A stretch of 64,000 bases of DNA from Candidatus Latescibacterota bacterium (GTDB lineage: Bacteria; Latescibacterota; UBA2968; UBA8231): contig OZ242005.1 of NCBI GenBank assembly GCA_965204725.1, positions 384,001-448,000 of the forward strand. Reading direction: 5' to 3'. The number at the start of each line of letters is the position of its first letter. Within the stretch, counting starts at the first letter, position 1. The notes below the pieces were generated by a model. That model had not been told where the DNA came from and did no database searches. It worked only from the letters and a program-made list of their open reading frames with translations. A program made the position numbers and the translations under genes. Below, in pieces: positions 39,628-50,100 of the stretch.

Positions 39628-42288
39628 CTATTCCAATCCTGCGTAGATCGTTATAAAGGTCTGACTCGTGTACCGCGCCTTGGCCTCTTTGAAGGCTTCG
39701 CGCTCAATGCGCACCCCGGCTAGGGCGTGGAGGCTGTACCCCAAGTACTGAGACTGATTGGTAAACTGAACCGCGCCGGTAATGGCGTTGAAATCATTGG
39801 CATCGTCGTCAAAGTCGTTAAAAATCAGGTACTCGACGCCCGCTTGGAGCCGAGTGGCTCTGAGGAGGCGCGTTTCGACGACCGCGGAAAAAAGCTCGTT
39901 CAGACTCGTGGAATGATCTAGGGTGAACAGGCCGCGCGACTGCTGGCGGAACTCGCTCTTCCAGCGCGGCTCCAAACTCAGCCGGCCCAAGGCATAGCGA
40001 TAGCTGGCCTTGTTGATCACCCCAAAGAAGAAGTCCTGCTCGTCGAGCGCTAGGGCCTGCCGACGGGCCTTGCTCATGAGTTGACGGAAGCGCACGTAGT
40101 TGACTTTGGTCTGTACGCGATAGGAGGCCGACTGCAAATTGTGCCCCACAAACAACTGGTTGATCCAAGTGTCGCGGGCCAACAAGGGGTCTTCGACCTT
40201 GTCCAACTCGCCGCCGCGCAAGGTATTGTCCGGCGCCCACTGCAACAGGGGATTGGGGATGTCGTCCGCGGCCAATTTGCTCATTTCAAACACGCGCAAC
40301 CGCCCAAAGCGCGGGGAGTCAACGTCGTACGTCACGAGGGCGTAGGTGCTGTTGTTTTGCTGGTTTGACGAGATGAGTTCCTCGCGCAACGCACCGACCA
40401 TCACTTTGAGTTGCGGCGTCAGATCGACCCCGCCGTACACATTGTACCCGCGGTGGTCGCGGCGGTAGGGATAATCGGGTTCTTCGTCGTTTTCGTATTG
40501 GTCGACCCAGAAGTTGTTGTTCATGTCCATCCCGAAGAGGAACTCCGGGCGGTCGGAGTGGAAGCGGAGGAAAGGCTCTTCGTAGTCGGGCACGGCGTTG
40601 GAGCGCACGAAGTTGTCGTTTTGGTTGATGTCGGGCACGAAGTCGTTGTTTTGGTCCCAACCTGGGAAGACCTGCGAGTCGCCCTGTAGCCAGTCGAAGC
40701 GCACCGTGTCGGGGAAGCGGTCTTGGTCGTCGTTGTCTTCGACGAGCTCGACGATGCCCTCGCGCTCACTGTCGTAGTTGATCTCGCCCGTGCCCGTGGT
40801 GACAAAAGTCCGCGTGTTGTAGAGCGGATCCATGCTGTACGCCTCGCCAAAGGCAAAGAAGGGAGCGGCCTTTTTGGACGCATTCACCATCCACGCCGGC
40901 GCCCGGCGGCGACTGCCGATGCCGGAGGCCGTGTGGTGCTCGTCGCGCAGGACGTTGGGATACTTGCGGTAGCTCATGCTCAGGTCGTATTCGGCATACA
41001 GGTCAAAGCCCTTGTAGTCGCGCAACTCAAGGCTGCCGCCGAAGATGTGGGTCGCGGTCGGCAGGCCGTACTCAAAGCGGACGGTCTGCAAATTGGTGAT
41101 GTCTTGCACGTTGCCCTCGGCTTGGGCGACGAGCAAGAGCACGGCCTCCCCGTCGCGGTTGACTTGGCGGTCGGAGGTCATCCACACTTGGTAGTCGTTG
41201 CCGAGCACGAGCCGGAATTCGACTTTGACGATGTCCTCTTTGGGAAACGAGGCCCGATCGACAAAGGCCGGGCTGTCAAAGTCGTAGCTCAGGCGTATTT
41301 CCTCGGGGCCGTTGGCGGCGATATAGCCCTGCTGGACGAAACCCCCCTCGATAACCGGCTCAAACTGAATGTCTTTGCCGACATCAACCGTGCCGTCCTC
41401 GTAGGTAATCAGGATGTCGGAACCCGCCTCAAAAAAGGCGGCACCGCCCGTTTCGTCGCCGGGAGAATCGTCGCGCAGGACGATCTGAATCAGGGACACG
41501 GTCTTGTTTTGGGCCACGGTCAAGGCACCGGAAAACGGGTTGCCCACGAGCCGATCCGAAAGCGTGTTCGACTGGTGGGCGTTGACCGCATGTAGGCCCA
41601 ACTGCAAGGCGTCGCTGAGTTGGAACGCGAAGCGCCCGCCAAAGAGCGTGGTGTTGTTGGTGCGGAGTACCTCTTGGTCTTCGGTCGTCGAGCCGCCCGG
41701 ATTGCTCAAGCGCGAGTAGATGAGCGTCCCTTCGTAGCGGTCGGTGGCGAGGTCGAACTGCACGCCGTCCATGCGCGGCTTGGAAAAGACCATCGGCGAG
41801 ATCACCGAGCGCATCTGCGCGCTCGTCGTCAAGGTGTAGAAGTATTGGCCCTTGGCGTCTGAGGCGATGACCACGTCGGAAAACCACTGTTGGAAGCGGT
41901 TGGACTTGAGCAGCGAGTTGCCGAACTGCTGGGGCTTGCTCTGGGAGTTGTTGAAAATTAGCCAGCCTCGGGTGAGAAAATTGCCGTACAGGTCGTAAAA
42001 GTAGTCGCCTTCAAGGCTAATATCGACGTAGCGCTGGTAGGGGTTGCGGGCGTAGTTGGTGTACTGCCACTGACGCCACTGGTACTCCTTATAAAGCTCC
42101 TGCGGCACGTACCAGCGGCGCACCGCCGGATCGAGGACGCCGAGCATGACGGCCGGCCCTTGGGGCGAAAACGAGGTCTCGTCGCCCTGTTGCAGCCCGA
42201 GGCGCGTGCTGTAATCGACTTGGCCGACCACCTCTTGGGCGACGGCGACGACGAGTAGCAAAACGACGCTTGTTCTAATCGTGTCCAT
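39628..42288 (-). CDS. Secreted 886-aa Asp-rich protein, putative outer-membrane beta-barrel
   Basis: Signal peptide, amphipathic beta strands, DNDDQDRFPD/DQNNDFVPD/DMNNNFWVD motifs, ends TFITIYAGLE. Confidence 0.65.
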   Translation of the reverse strand: MDTIRTSVVLLLVVAVAQEVVGQVDYSTRLGLQQGDETSFSPQGPAVMLGVLDPAVRRWYVPQELYKEYQWRQWQYTNYARNPYQRYVDISLEGDYFYDLYGNFLTRGWLIFNNSQSKPQQFGNSLLKSNRFQQWFSDVVIASDAKGQYFYTLTTSAQMRSVISPMVFSKPRMDGVQFDLATDRYEGTLIYSRLSNPGGSTTEDQEVLRTNNTTLFGGRFAFQLSDALQLGLHAVNAHQSNTLSDRLVGNPFSGALTVAQNKTVSLIQIVLRDDSPGDETGGAAFFEAGSDILITYEDGTVDVGKDIQFEPVIEGGFVQQGYIAANGPEEIRLSYDFDSPAFVDRASFPKEDIVKVEFRLVLGNDYQVWMTSDRQVNRDGEAVLLLVAQAEGNVQDITNLQTVRFEYGLPTATHIFGGSLELRDYKGFDLYAEYDLSMSYRKYPNVLRDEHHTASGIGSRRRAPAWMVNASKKAAPFFAFGEAYSMDPLYNTRTFVTTGTGEINYDSEREGIVELVEDNDDQDRFPDTVRFDWLQGDSQVFPGWDQNNDFVPDINQNDNFVRSNAVPDYEEPFLRFHSDRPEFLFGMDMNNNFWVDQYENDEEPDYPYRRDHRGYNVYGGVDLTPQLKVMVGALREELISSNQQNNSTYALVTYDVDSPRFGRLRVFEMSKLAADDIPNPLLQWAPDNTLRGGELDKVEDPLLARDTWINQLFVGHNLQSASYRVQTKVNYVRFRQLMSKARRQALALDEQDFFFGVINKASYRYALGRLSLEPRWKSEFRQQSRGLFTLDHSTSLNELFSAVVETRLLRATRLQAGVEYLIFNDFDDDANDFNAITGAVQFTNQSQYLGYSLHALAGVRIEREAFKEAKARYTSQTFITIYAGLE

Positions 42289-42305
42289 GGTGCTCTTTTC
42301 GCCCC

Positions 42306-45300
42306 CTAATAGGCGACCGCGATGAGGTGGGATCGCCGTTGTCCGACGCGGTCTTCAACGTCGGTATCCACGTCAACTTGGCAAATATAAAGGCCCGGCG
42401 GCACGACGCGGCCCCGGTCGTCCTTCCCGTCCCAAGTAAAGCGCTGGTGACCGCCTTGGGCCGTGCCCGCTAGCCGGCGCATGGGCCGGCCATCAAGCGT
42501 CCATATACGGACGGTCGCCGGCCGCTCGGCATAGACCTTGAACAGGGAAAACTCGATTTGGGCGACGTCGTTTACGAGGTCGCCGTTGGGGGTGAAGGGG
42601 TTGGGCGCGACCGAGAGGTCGGCGACGATTTGCTCCGCGCCGAGCGCGGCGATTGACAGGGTTTGCGACGGCCGCAGTGCGGTTGCGTCGGCCGCGTCGG
42701 CCGGCTGATAGGGCGTGCTGGCCGCTTGGTTGCGCACGGCCACCTTCAGCTTGGTGCCGTGGAGAAAGACTTTGGCCGCAAAGCGCAGGCGCACCAGTCG
42801 GCCTTGGCCGACGACCCACCCTCTGGCCCGGCCCAGCCGGCTGTACTGGGCCGCGCTGAGCGTGTCGCCGGCCGCGTCGAACAGCGTCTGGCTGCCCAAG
42901 CCTACGACCTTGCGGAAGTAGCGCACCGGCCCTTGGGATTCGGGCGGCAGCGCGTCGTAGGTCGCCCGGTCGTCCACTTCTGCACCGTCGTTGCGGAAGT
43001 AGCGCACCGCGCCGCGCACCGCGTCTGGCAGCAGGGCATGTGAGGTCGCGGTCAAAAGCTGACCATCGATACTGGTGGGCACTTCCTCGCCGTCGGCCGC
43101 CGTGCGGAAGTATAGCTGCGGCAGCGTCTCGGCCGCGCTGCTGGCGACCTCCGGGAGGCGCACTAAGAGCGAATCGCCTTGCAGTATGTGGCCGCCGGTA
43201 CTCGCCAAGTCCAAAAGCACTTGCGGCGCGCCAGCAGCAAACTGATCCTCGGTCCCTATCGCCACGTCAATGAGCTGCATATCGAGGCCCGGATCGGCGC
43301 TGATGAGCATCTCGTCGAACCCGAGGCTGCGGATTGCGGCGGGCCGCTCTAGAAACTGGGGTTGGACGAAGACCTCAAAAGTATCCAAAACGCCCACTTG
43401 GGCCTCGGGCGGCCAGACCTCGGCCCGCAGCCCGAGTGCGACCGGAGTGTGCAACTCGACGGAAATGCTCTGCAACGCGGGGCCGACCGCGCGGTCCTCG
43501 CTGAGCAGGCGGGCTTGGATTTGCAGGAACCGGCGCAGGCTGGGCGATGCAACCGGATCGCCGGACCGCTGGTACTGCTGGCTCCAAGCACTCCAGCCCG
43601 GGCCGATGGCAAAGGAGGTATCAATCGGCCCTTTGAGGAAGGCGAGGAGCTTTTTGTGCTCGGCCGCGGTCTTTTCAATGCCATTGCTATCGTAGAAGCG
43701 CACCTGCTGGATGAGTTGGCTGCCCGTGCGGGTGCGAATCTCGACCTTAGTGCCCGGCGGCGTGGCGGCCTCCCAGTGGATCCGGCCCAAGGTCACCAGC
43801 CCGGGCAACTCAATTAGGTTGGACGCCAACTCGACTTCTGCGGGCACGCCCTCGGCAAACAGCATCAGCTCGCTGAAGCGCGACCAGAAGCGGTCCGAGC
43901 GGTTTTCCGTGTCGCCGATGAAGTTGGCCAAGGTCAGCAGGTCGAGGAAGCGCACCTTGCGCACGGGGTCCTGCACATCGTTGAGATAGCCAAAGAACCC
44001 GTTATCGACGTTGGTCACCCGCTCCGGCGGGGTGATGGCGCGCCAGCGCAGCTTGCCTTGGGCGTCGCGTTCCCCGGTGGATGACCGCATCTGATAGCCG
44101 CGGATGTTGCCGCCGATGACGCGAACTTGGTCCAACCACACCGTGCCGCCCATGTCGATGGTCAGGACGTTGGCGCCCGGATTGAGGGGGTCTTGGGTGG
44201 CGTGCGAATAATTGCTGCCAATGTCGCCATCAAAGGCCGGGGTCGGCGTCTTGCCGGCCGAGGTCAGGGCCAAGGTGCCGCCGCCTTCGACCAAGCCGAG
44301 GCCGATGTTGTCGCCCCAGCCCCACGCCTCGACCTCGGCCAAGCGCGGCAATTCTCGGCGGTAAAACTCCCGCCGCCCGCGGCGTTCCTCGGCCAACCCC
44401 TCGTAGGTCTCCGCATCCACCGGCTCTTCGCGGCCGGCAAAGTCGCGCACGAAGTGGACGATGTCGCCGCGTTCACGCGCCGGCAGGGCCTCCCACGCAG
44501 CTTGGTCAATTTGCTCGGCCCGCCCGCCGCGCGTGTCGGTGATGACGATGCGGATGGTTTCGATGATCTTGCCGGTCCAAGCCGGGTCGGCGCTGATTTG
44601 TTGCAGCCTCTTGACGCTGCTGATCCCGCCGGTGGGCACGGTGAGGCCGGGGTTGACCGGCGCGGCAAGGGTCGCGCCCCCGGTTGCGGCTGCACTTTCA
44701 AAGAAGAAGGTGCGCTGCTCAATGTTGGGACCTTCGTGGGGGACGAATAGCTCGAAGTTGACCTTGCGGTCGTCGTTGCGCGATAGCGTCTGGTTCGGCG
44801 CCAACAGGAGGAGGTACTTCAAGAAGGGATCGCCCAAGCCCTCCTCGACGAAGCGCACGGAAATGCCCTCCACGGGAACCGCCCGGCCCAGATCTACCTC
44901 AACCCACCACTGCTCAATGGGGTCGTGCGGGTCAGGCTCCCAAAAGGTAGTTGGATCGCCGTCGATAATGCGGGCCGCCTGTTCGACGTTGGAGCCAGCG
45001 CGGCTGATCCCGGCCCGCACCAAATAGTCGTACACGAACTTTTTCTGGGCGTTTTGGATGGGTTGGCCGAGCACATCGACCTTCAGGGTGCTATCCACGT
45101 TGAGGATGCGCGGGGCTTTGTTGGTGATCACGACCGGCCGGGCGATGCTGGGGTCGGCGAGGATGTTGTAGATCGAGCGCAGATGGCGCGGACGCACCGC
45201 GCCCGAGGGGTCGATGGTCGTCAAGTGTTCGGGTTTTTTCCAATGTTCCCAGTGGCGTCCCGCGACGACGATGCGGTCGTCGTCGATGTCGTACCCTTGC

Positions 45301-45368
45301 TGCGCACGGGCTGGCAGCCCGGCCCACAACAGGCAGGACGCGAGGGCCGCCCATTTTATGGTAGCCAC
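42306..45368 (-). CDS. Secreted 1020-aa protein with discoidin-like domain and FlgD-Ig C-terminal domain (paralog)
   Basis: IIDGDPTTFW...WWVEVDLG, IRTRTG, WSAWS, PNPFTPNGDLVND, ends IAVAY; SD GGAGG before GTG. Confidence 0.8.
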   Translation of the reverse strand: MATIKWAALASCLLWAGLPARAQQGYDIDDDRIVVAGRHWEHWKKPEHLTTIDPSGAVRPRHLRSIYNILADPSIARPVVITNKAPRILNVDSTLKVDVLGQPIQNAQKKFVYDYLVRAGISRAGSNVEQAARIIDGDPTTFWEPDPHDPIEQWWVEVDLGRAVPVEGISVRFVEEGLGDPFLKYLLLLAPNQTLSRNDDRKVNFELFVPHEGPNIEQRTFFFESAAATGGATLAAPVNPGLTVPTGGISSVKRLQQISADPAWTGKIIETIRIVITDTRGGRAEQIDQAAWEALPARERGDIVHFVRDFAGREEPVDAETYEGLAEERRGRREFYRRELPRLAEVEAWGWGDNIGLGLVEGGGTLALTSAGKTPTPAFDGDIGSNYSHATQDPLNPGANVLTIDMGGTVWLDQVRVIGGNIRGYQMRSSTGERDAQGKLRWRAITPPERVTNVDNGFFGYLNDVQDPVRKVRFLDLLTLANFIGDTENRSDRFWSRFSELMLFAEGVPAEVELASNLIELPGLVTLGRIHWEAATPPGTKVEIRTRTGSQLIQQVRFYDSNGIEKTAAEHKKLLAFLKGPIDTSFAIGPGWSAWSQQYQRSGDPVASPSLRRFLQIQARLLSEDRAVGPALQSISVELHTPVALGLRAEVWPPEAQVGVLDTFEVFVQPQFLERPAAIRSLGFDEMLISADPGLDMQLIDVAIGTEDQFAAGAPQVLLDLASTGGHILQGDSLLVRLPEVASSAAETLPQLYFRTAADGEEVPTSIDGQLLTATSHALLPDAVRGAVRYFRNDGAEVDDRATYDALPPESQGPVRYFRKVVGLGSQTLFDAAGDTLSAAQYSRLGRARGWVVGQGRLVRLRFAAKVFLHGTKLKVAVRNQAASTPYQPADAADATALRPSQTLSIAALGAEQIVADLSVAPNPFTPNGDLVNDVAQIEFSLFKVYAERPATVRIWTLDGRPMRRLAGTAQGGHQRFTWDGKDDRGRVVPPGLYICQVDVDTDVEDRVGQRRSHLIAVAY

Positions 45369-45380
45369 GATGACACCTCC

Positions 45381-46982
45381 TTACAGCCGCTCGGCGAACA
45401 AGGCGACTTGGCTTGCGCGCTCGGCGCGTAGGCGTTGGATCAGTTCGTCCATGAGCGCGTCCCGGTTCCTTGCTGTTAGGATGGCCTGCGCCCGCGCCCG
45501 CGCTTGGGCAAAGGGTTGGATGTCGCCGCCCTCCTTGTGGCGCACTCGGAATACGGCAAAGCGATCTAGCACCGCTACCGGCCCGCCCCATTCTCCGATC
45601 TCGGCCGCAAAGGCCGCATCTACGAGCTGGGGATAGCGCGGCCGCACCACCTTGCGCAGACGCAGTGTCCCGTCGTGCGGGTCGCCGTGGGTTTCAACGT
45701 CCGGTCGGGCCAACAGCTCGGCGATGGTGCTGCCGGTTGCGAGGGATTCGCGCAGCGCCTCGGCTTGGGCGCGGCTGGGCGCGAGGAGCTGGTTGATGAG
45801 GACGGATTCGGCCGTGCGGAAGCGCGTCTTGTTCGCCTCGTAGTACGCAACGACGGCCTCCTCGCTGGGGACGGCTCGCACGGCTGTTTCGGCCTTGGTA
45901 AGCTGCTGCAAAACGAGAGTCTTCCGCTCGCGCTCGCGCCACTCGACGAATTCGGCCTCTCGGTCCCAGCCGCGACGCTGGGCCGCCGCGGCCATCAGAT
46001 AGGCCGGCAAGAGCGCGGCGCGGGCCAACGAGACGACCTCGGCGCTGTCTTGCAACGCGGCCTGAAACCCGAGCGAGCGCAGGCCGTAGAGGCCTTCGCC
46101 CACGGAAATCGCCCCGCCGTCAAAGCGGTAGAGGAAAAGCGCGGCGAGCGAGTCGGCGGGATTCGGCTGGGCCAGCAAGGCGTGTAGGCCCTCGCGGTCC
46201 AACCGCAAGCCCAAGGAGCGGCTCAGGGCTTCCACCTCGATTTGCCGGCGACTTTCCCATTTTTCGCGGTACGCCGCGCTGGCGGCTTCCTCTTGGTACG
46301 CGGCCTCGTCGGCCGCTCGGTCTTCGATAAAGCGATAGATTTGCCAGCCGCCCGCGAGCGGCAAAGGCGCGGCAATTTGCCCGACCGGCAGGGCGAGGAA
46401 GGTCTGCGGCGGAATGGCCAAGCGCTGGGCTTGGGTGCGCCCAATCCAGCCGACGACTCCGTCGCCCTGTGGGGCAAAGAGGTCGTTGGCCGCAAAGCGC
46501 TGGGCTAGCTCGGCGAAAGGCTCGCCCTCGTGCAGTGCTCGCAATACGCGGTCCACCTCTTGCTGCTGCCGCACCAGAATCCGCGCCAAGAGCCGCTCGC
46601 GGTCAAAGCCCATATCGACGACGGTGCGCTCTACTTCCTCGGGCGTCACCTCGACTTGCGGAGCGAGCACTTCGGCTTGGTAGCGCTGGGCGAGTTGCTT
46701 GCGGACGAGGGCGTTTAGCGAGTAGCGAACCGCGTCGCTTTGCTCAATCCCGCGAGCGCGGGCCTCTTGCAGCAGCAACTCCTGATCGACGAGGGATTGT
46801 AAGTGATCGCGTGGGTCCTCGCTCTGCAAGCTGGGCGGCAAACGCTCGACAAAGCGCCGGTACTCGGCCTCGGTGAGGGCCACGTCGCCGACTTGGGCCA
46901 CGACGGGATCGTCTGGGGCGCAGCCGAACCAAGCCAAGAGAGCGACAGCGCACCACAGGGAGCGGGGAGTAGCGATAGACAT
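45381..46982 (-). CDS. PpiC/SurA-type peptidyl-prolyl isomerase-like lipoprotein
   Basis: Lipobox-like WFGC, VVAQVG, LVDQELLLQEA, FAELAQRF..GVVGWI, two rotamase-like domains. Confidence 0.8.
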   Translation of the reverse strand: MSIATPRSLWCAVALLAWFGCAPDDPVVAQVGDVALTEAEYRRFVERLPPSLQSEDPRDHLQSLVDQELLLQEARARGIEQSDAVRYSLNALVRKQLAQRYQAEVLAPQVEVTPEEVERTVVDMGFDRERLLARILVRQQQEVDRVLRALHEGEPFAELAQRFAANDLFAPQGDGVVGWIGRTQAQRLAIPPQTFLALPVGQIAAPLPLAGGWQIYRFIEDRAADEAAYQEEAASAAYREKWESRRQIEVEALSRSLGLRLDREGLHALLAQPNPADSLAALFLYRFDGGAISVGEGLYGLRSLGFQAALQDSAEVVSLARAALLPAYLMAAAAQRRGWDREAEFVEWRERERKTLVLQQLTKAETAVRAVPSEEAVVAYYEANKTRFRTAESVLINQLLAPSRAQAEALRESLATGSTIAELLARPDVETHGDPHDGTLRLRKVVRPRYPQLVDAAFAAEIGEWGGPVAVLDRFAVFRVRHKEGGDIQPFAQARARAQAILTARNRDALMDELIQRLRAERASQVALFAERL

Positions 46983-46990
46983 GACTGTTT

Positions 46991-47019
46991 GATTTAATCA
47001 ACGGCTAGGCGAGTGTCAA
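46991..47019 (-). promoter_or_regulatory. Putative promoter at the head of the envelope cluster
   Basis: Minus strand TTGACA-N17-TAAATC, 8 nt before ATG 46982; no SD, so possibly leaderless. Confidence 0.4.
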
Positions 47020-47092
47020 GTTTTTTGCCGATATGACTAACTGTATGTAATTCTTGGCTTTATTTACAACTCCAGCGGCTCCCACTGCGTCC

Positions 47093-47140
47093 GGGATCGA
47101 GGGCGTCCCGCCCTCAACGAGGGCAAGATGCCCTCGATCC
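47093..47140. repeat. REP-like element, family B
   Basis: Near-identical to 13338-13385 and 57430-57477. Confidence 0.85.
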
Positions 47141-47189
47141 TGAGAGGACGGAGGGCTGGTGTCGTGTAGTACAAGCGGCGCATCTACTT

Positions 47190-50100
47190 CTACTTAATCA
47201 GCAGGATGCGCCTAATTTGGGCGTCCTCGCGCAGGCGCAAGCGCACCAAGTACACGCCGCTGGCCAAGGTGCTTGGTGCTTCCCAGCGGACGTGGTACAC
47301 CCCCGCGGCCTGATAGCCATCAACCAAGCGGGCGACGACTTGCCCCAATACATTATAGATGGTCAAGCGCACCGGCTGGCCGTGTGCGAGGGCGTAGTGG
47401 ATCATCGTGCTCGCGTTAAAGGGGTTGGGGTTGTTGAGCAGCGAGGCGTTGGGCGTCCCGGTCGCCTCAGCTGAGGGCATGCCGTCGTCGGCGAGGGTGC
47501 GGGTGGCGATCACGCGCACGGTGTATTGGGTGTCAGCGGCCAGCCCCGGAATGATGTAGCTCGTCGGTATGGGGACGGCGGCTTGGCGAGTGGTGCGGTC
47601 GTAGGCTGCCTCAACTTCCACAGTGCTGTCGGGGACGGTGGCTTGGCGGGTGGCTGGGTCGTAGGCTTGTGCGCCGGTTTTCCACTGCACCTTGTAGCCA
47701 TCGGCGCCGGGGACCGCCGTCCAAGACACGTGCAACTGGCCGACCCCAGCCATCACTTGCACTCCTGTCACCTGTCCCGGAGGGGCCGCCCTCGGCATGT
47801 CTGTCGAGGGGGTCGAGGCCGTGCCATCTCCCGCGTCGGTCTCGGTGGCAATCACCTGCACTGAGTAGGTCGTGCCAGCGGTTAGGTTCGGGATCGTCGC
47901 TGTAGTCGTGGTGCCGCTGATGATGGTCATCTGCCGGACATCGTCGAAGGCTTGGTCGTCGGTTTTCCACTGCACCTTGTAGCCATCGGCGCCCGGCACC
48001 TGCTCCCACGATACGACCAACTGTCCCGCCCTCGGCGTTATCTCCACGCCCGTTACTTGACCCGGGGGCCGCCGCACCAAGACGGTGTAGTATCGTGCGG
48101 TGGTTCCGTCGGAGGCCGTTACCCGGAAGATGATGGCCGTCGTCCCGACAGCCAGATCGACCTGATGGCCGGCCGTTTCGGGGTCGGCATCGTCGGGCGT
48201 GATGATAGCGACTTGGCCGGTGGCGGCGGCAGCCGCGCCCGTCAGGCGGCTCTCGGCGTGAGCTACATCTGCGGTGTAGGTCAGGGTGGTGGGATCAAAC
48301 GCTTCGTTGATCCCGACCGAGAGCTCCTCGGCCGAAAAGGTGATCTCGTTGAGCATGACCTCAGCGGTCGTCACGACAAAGTCCGCGCTCACGCCGCCGA
48401 TGGTGACGGTGGCGATGGTGGTCGTGTTGAAACCGACACTGGCGGTCACTTGGACGGCGACGGTCTGCCGGTTGGTGATCGTCGAGCCGGAAAAGGCGCG
48501 GCCATTCACGACCAAGGAACCGCCGGAGACGGAGATGGATGTGGGCGCTTCGAGGCCGCGGACGGTGATGGCATTGCTGGTGACTGTTGCGCCCGGGTCC
48601 ACTCCGGTTTGCGCCGTGAACGAGAAGGAGCCCGGCGTGGTGTTCGGCGTCCGGGTGGTCACCGAAAAGTCCGCGCTCACCCCGCCGATGGTGACGGTGG
48701 CGGTGGTGGTGGCGGCGTACCGGGAACTGGCTCGGACTTGGACAGCGACGGTCTGCCCGTTGGAGACCGTCGCGCCCGTGAAGGTGCTGCCGTCCACGAC
48801 CAACGTACCGCCCCGAACCGAAATGGACGCGGGGGCTTCGAGGCCGCTTACAGTGATGGCGTTGCTGGTGACTGTTGCGCTCGGCGACACTTGGGTGCGC
48901 GGCGTGAACGAGAAGGCGTCCGGCGTCGTTTCCGGCGTATGCGCGGCTTGGATCACGGCCACCTCAATCGTCTGTTCCGCCTTCAAGGTGCCATCGTTCG
49001 CGGTTACCGTGATCGTGACGTCACCCACTGCCACAGGGCGAATAGTCACTATCGCCCCCGCCACGCCGACGGTTGCAATGTCGGTTTCGCTCAAACGGGC
49101 AGTGTAGGTCAGCGCATCGCCATCCGGGTCGCTGAAGTGGTTGGCCGCGTTGACCGTGATGTTGGGACCGCCCACGGTCAAGGTTTGCGCCGCAATCGCG
49201 CTTGAGGCGACGGGTGCCCGGTTGGGGTCGGCCGTGACGGTGATTGCAACGGTATCCGTGCCATTCGAGTTCCCATCGCTGACTGTTAGGGTAAACGTCA
49301 GCGTCGCATCGGTAGTCAAATCGGGCGCGGTGAACGAGGGCGTCTGCGTCGTCGCCCCTGTCAACGTCACGTTCGGACTGCCGCCCGTCTGAGTCCACAA
49401 ATACGTCAGAGCACCACTCTCCGGATCGCTGCCGCTGCCCGAAAGAGACACCTCCGCGCCTTCGGCCACGGTCCGGTCAGTGCCGGCGTTGGCTGTCGGC
49501 GCGTCGTTGTCCGCCGTGATGGTGATGTCCACCGTATCCGTGCCGTTCAAGGTCCCATCGCTGACCGTCAGGGTAAATGTCAGCGTCACGTTGGCGGTCA
49601 ACTCCGGCGCGGTGAACGAGGGCGTCTGCGTCGTCGCTCCCGTCAACGTCACGTTCGGACTGCCGCCCGTCTGGCTCCACAAATACGTCAAGGCACCACT
49701 CTCCGGATCGCTGCCGCTACCCGAAAGGGACACCGCGTCGCCTTCGTCCACCGTCTGGTCAGTGCCCGCGTTGGCTGTCGGCGCGTCGTTATCGGCGCGG
49801 ATGGTGATTTCTACGGTATCCGTGCCGTTTGAGTTTCCATCGTTGACCGTCAAGGTGAACGTCAGCGTCACGTTGGCGGTTACATTCGGCGCGGTGAACG
49901 AGGGCGTCTGCGTCGTCGCCCCGGTCAACGTCACGTTCGGACTGCCCCCTGTCTGAGTCCACAAATACGTCAGCGCACCACTCTCCGGATCGCTGCCGCT
50001 GCCCGAAAGAGAGACCTCCGCGCCTTCGTCCACGGTCTGGTTCATGCCCGCTTCGGCTGTCGGCGCGTCGTTGTCCGCCGTGATGGTGATTTCTACGGTA

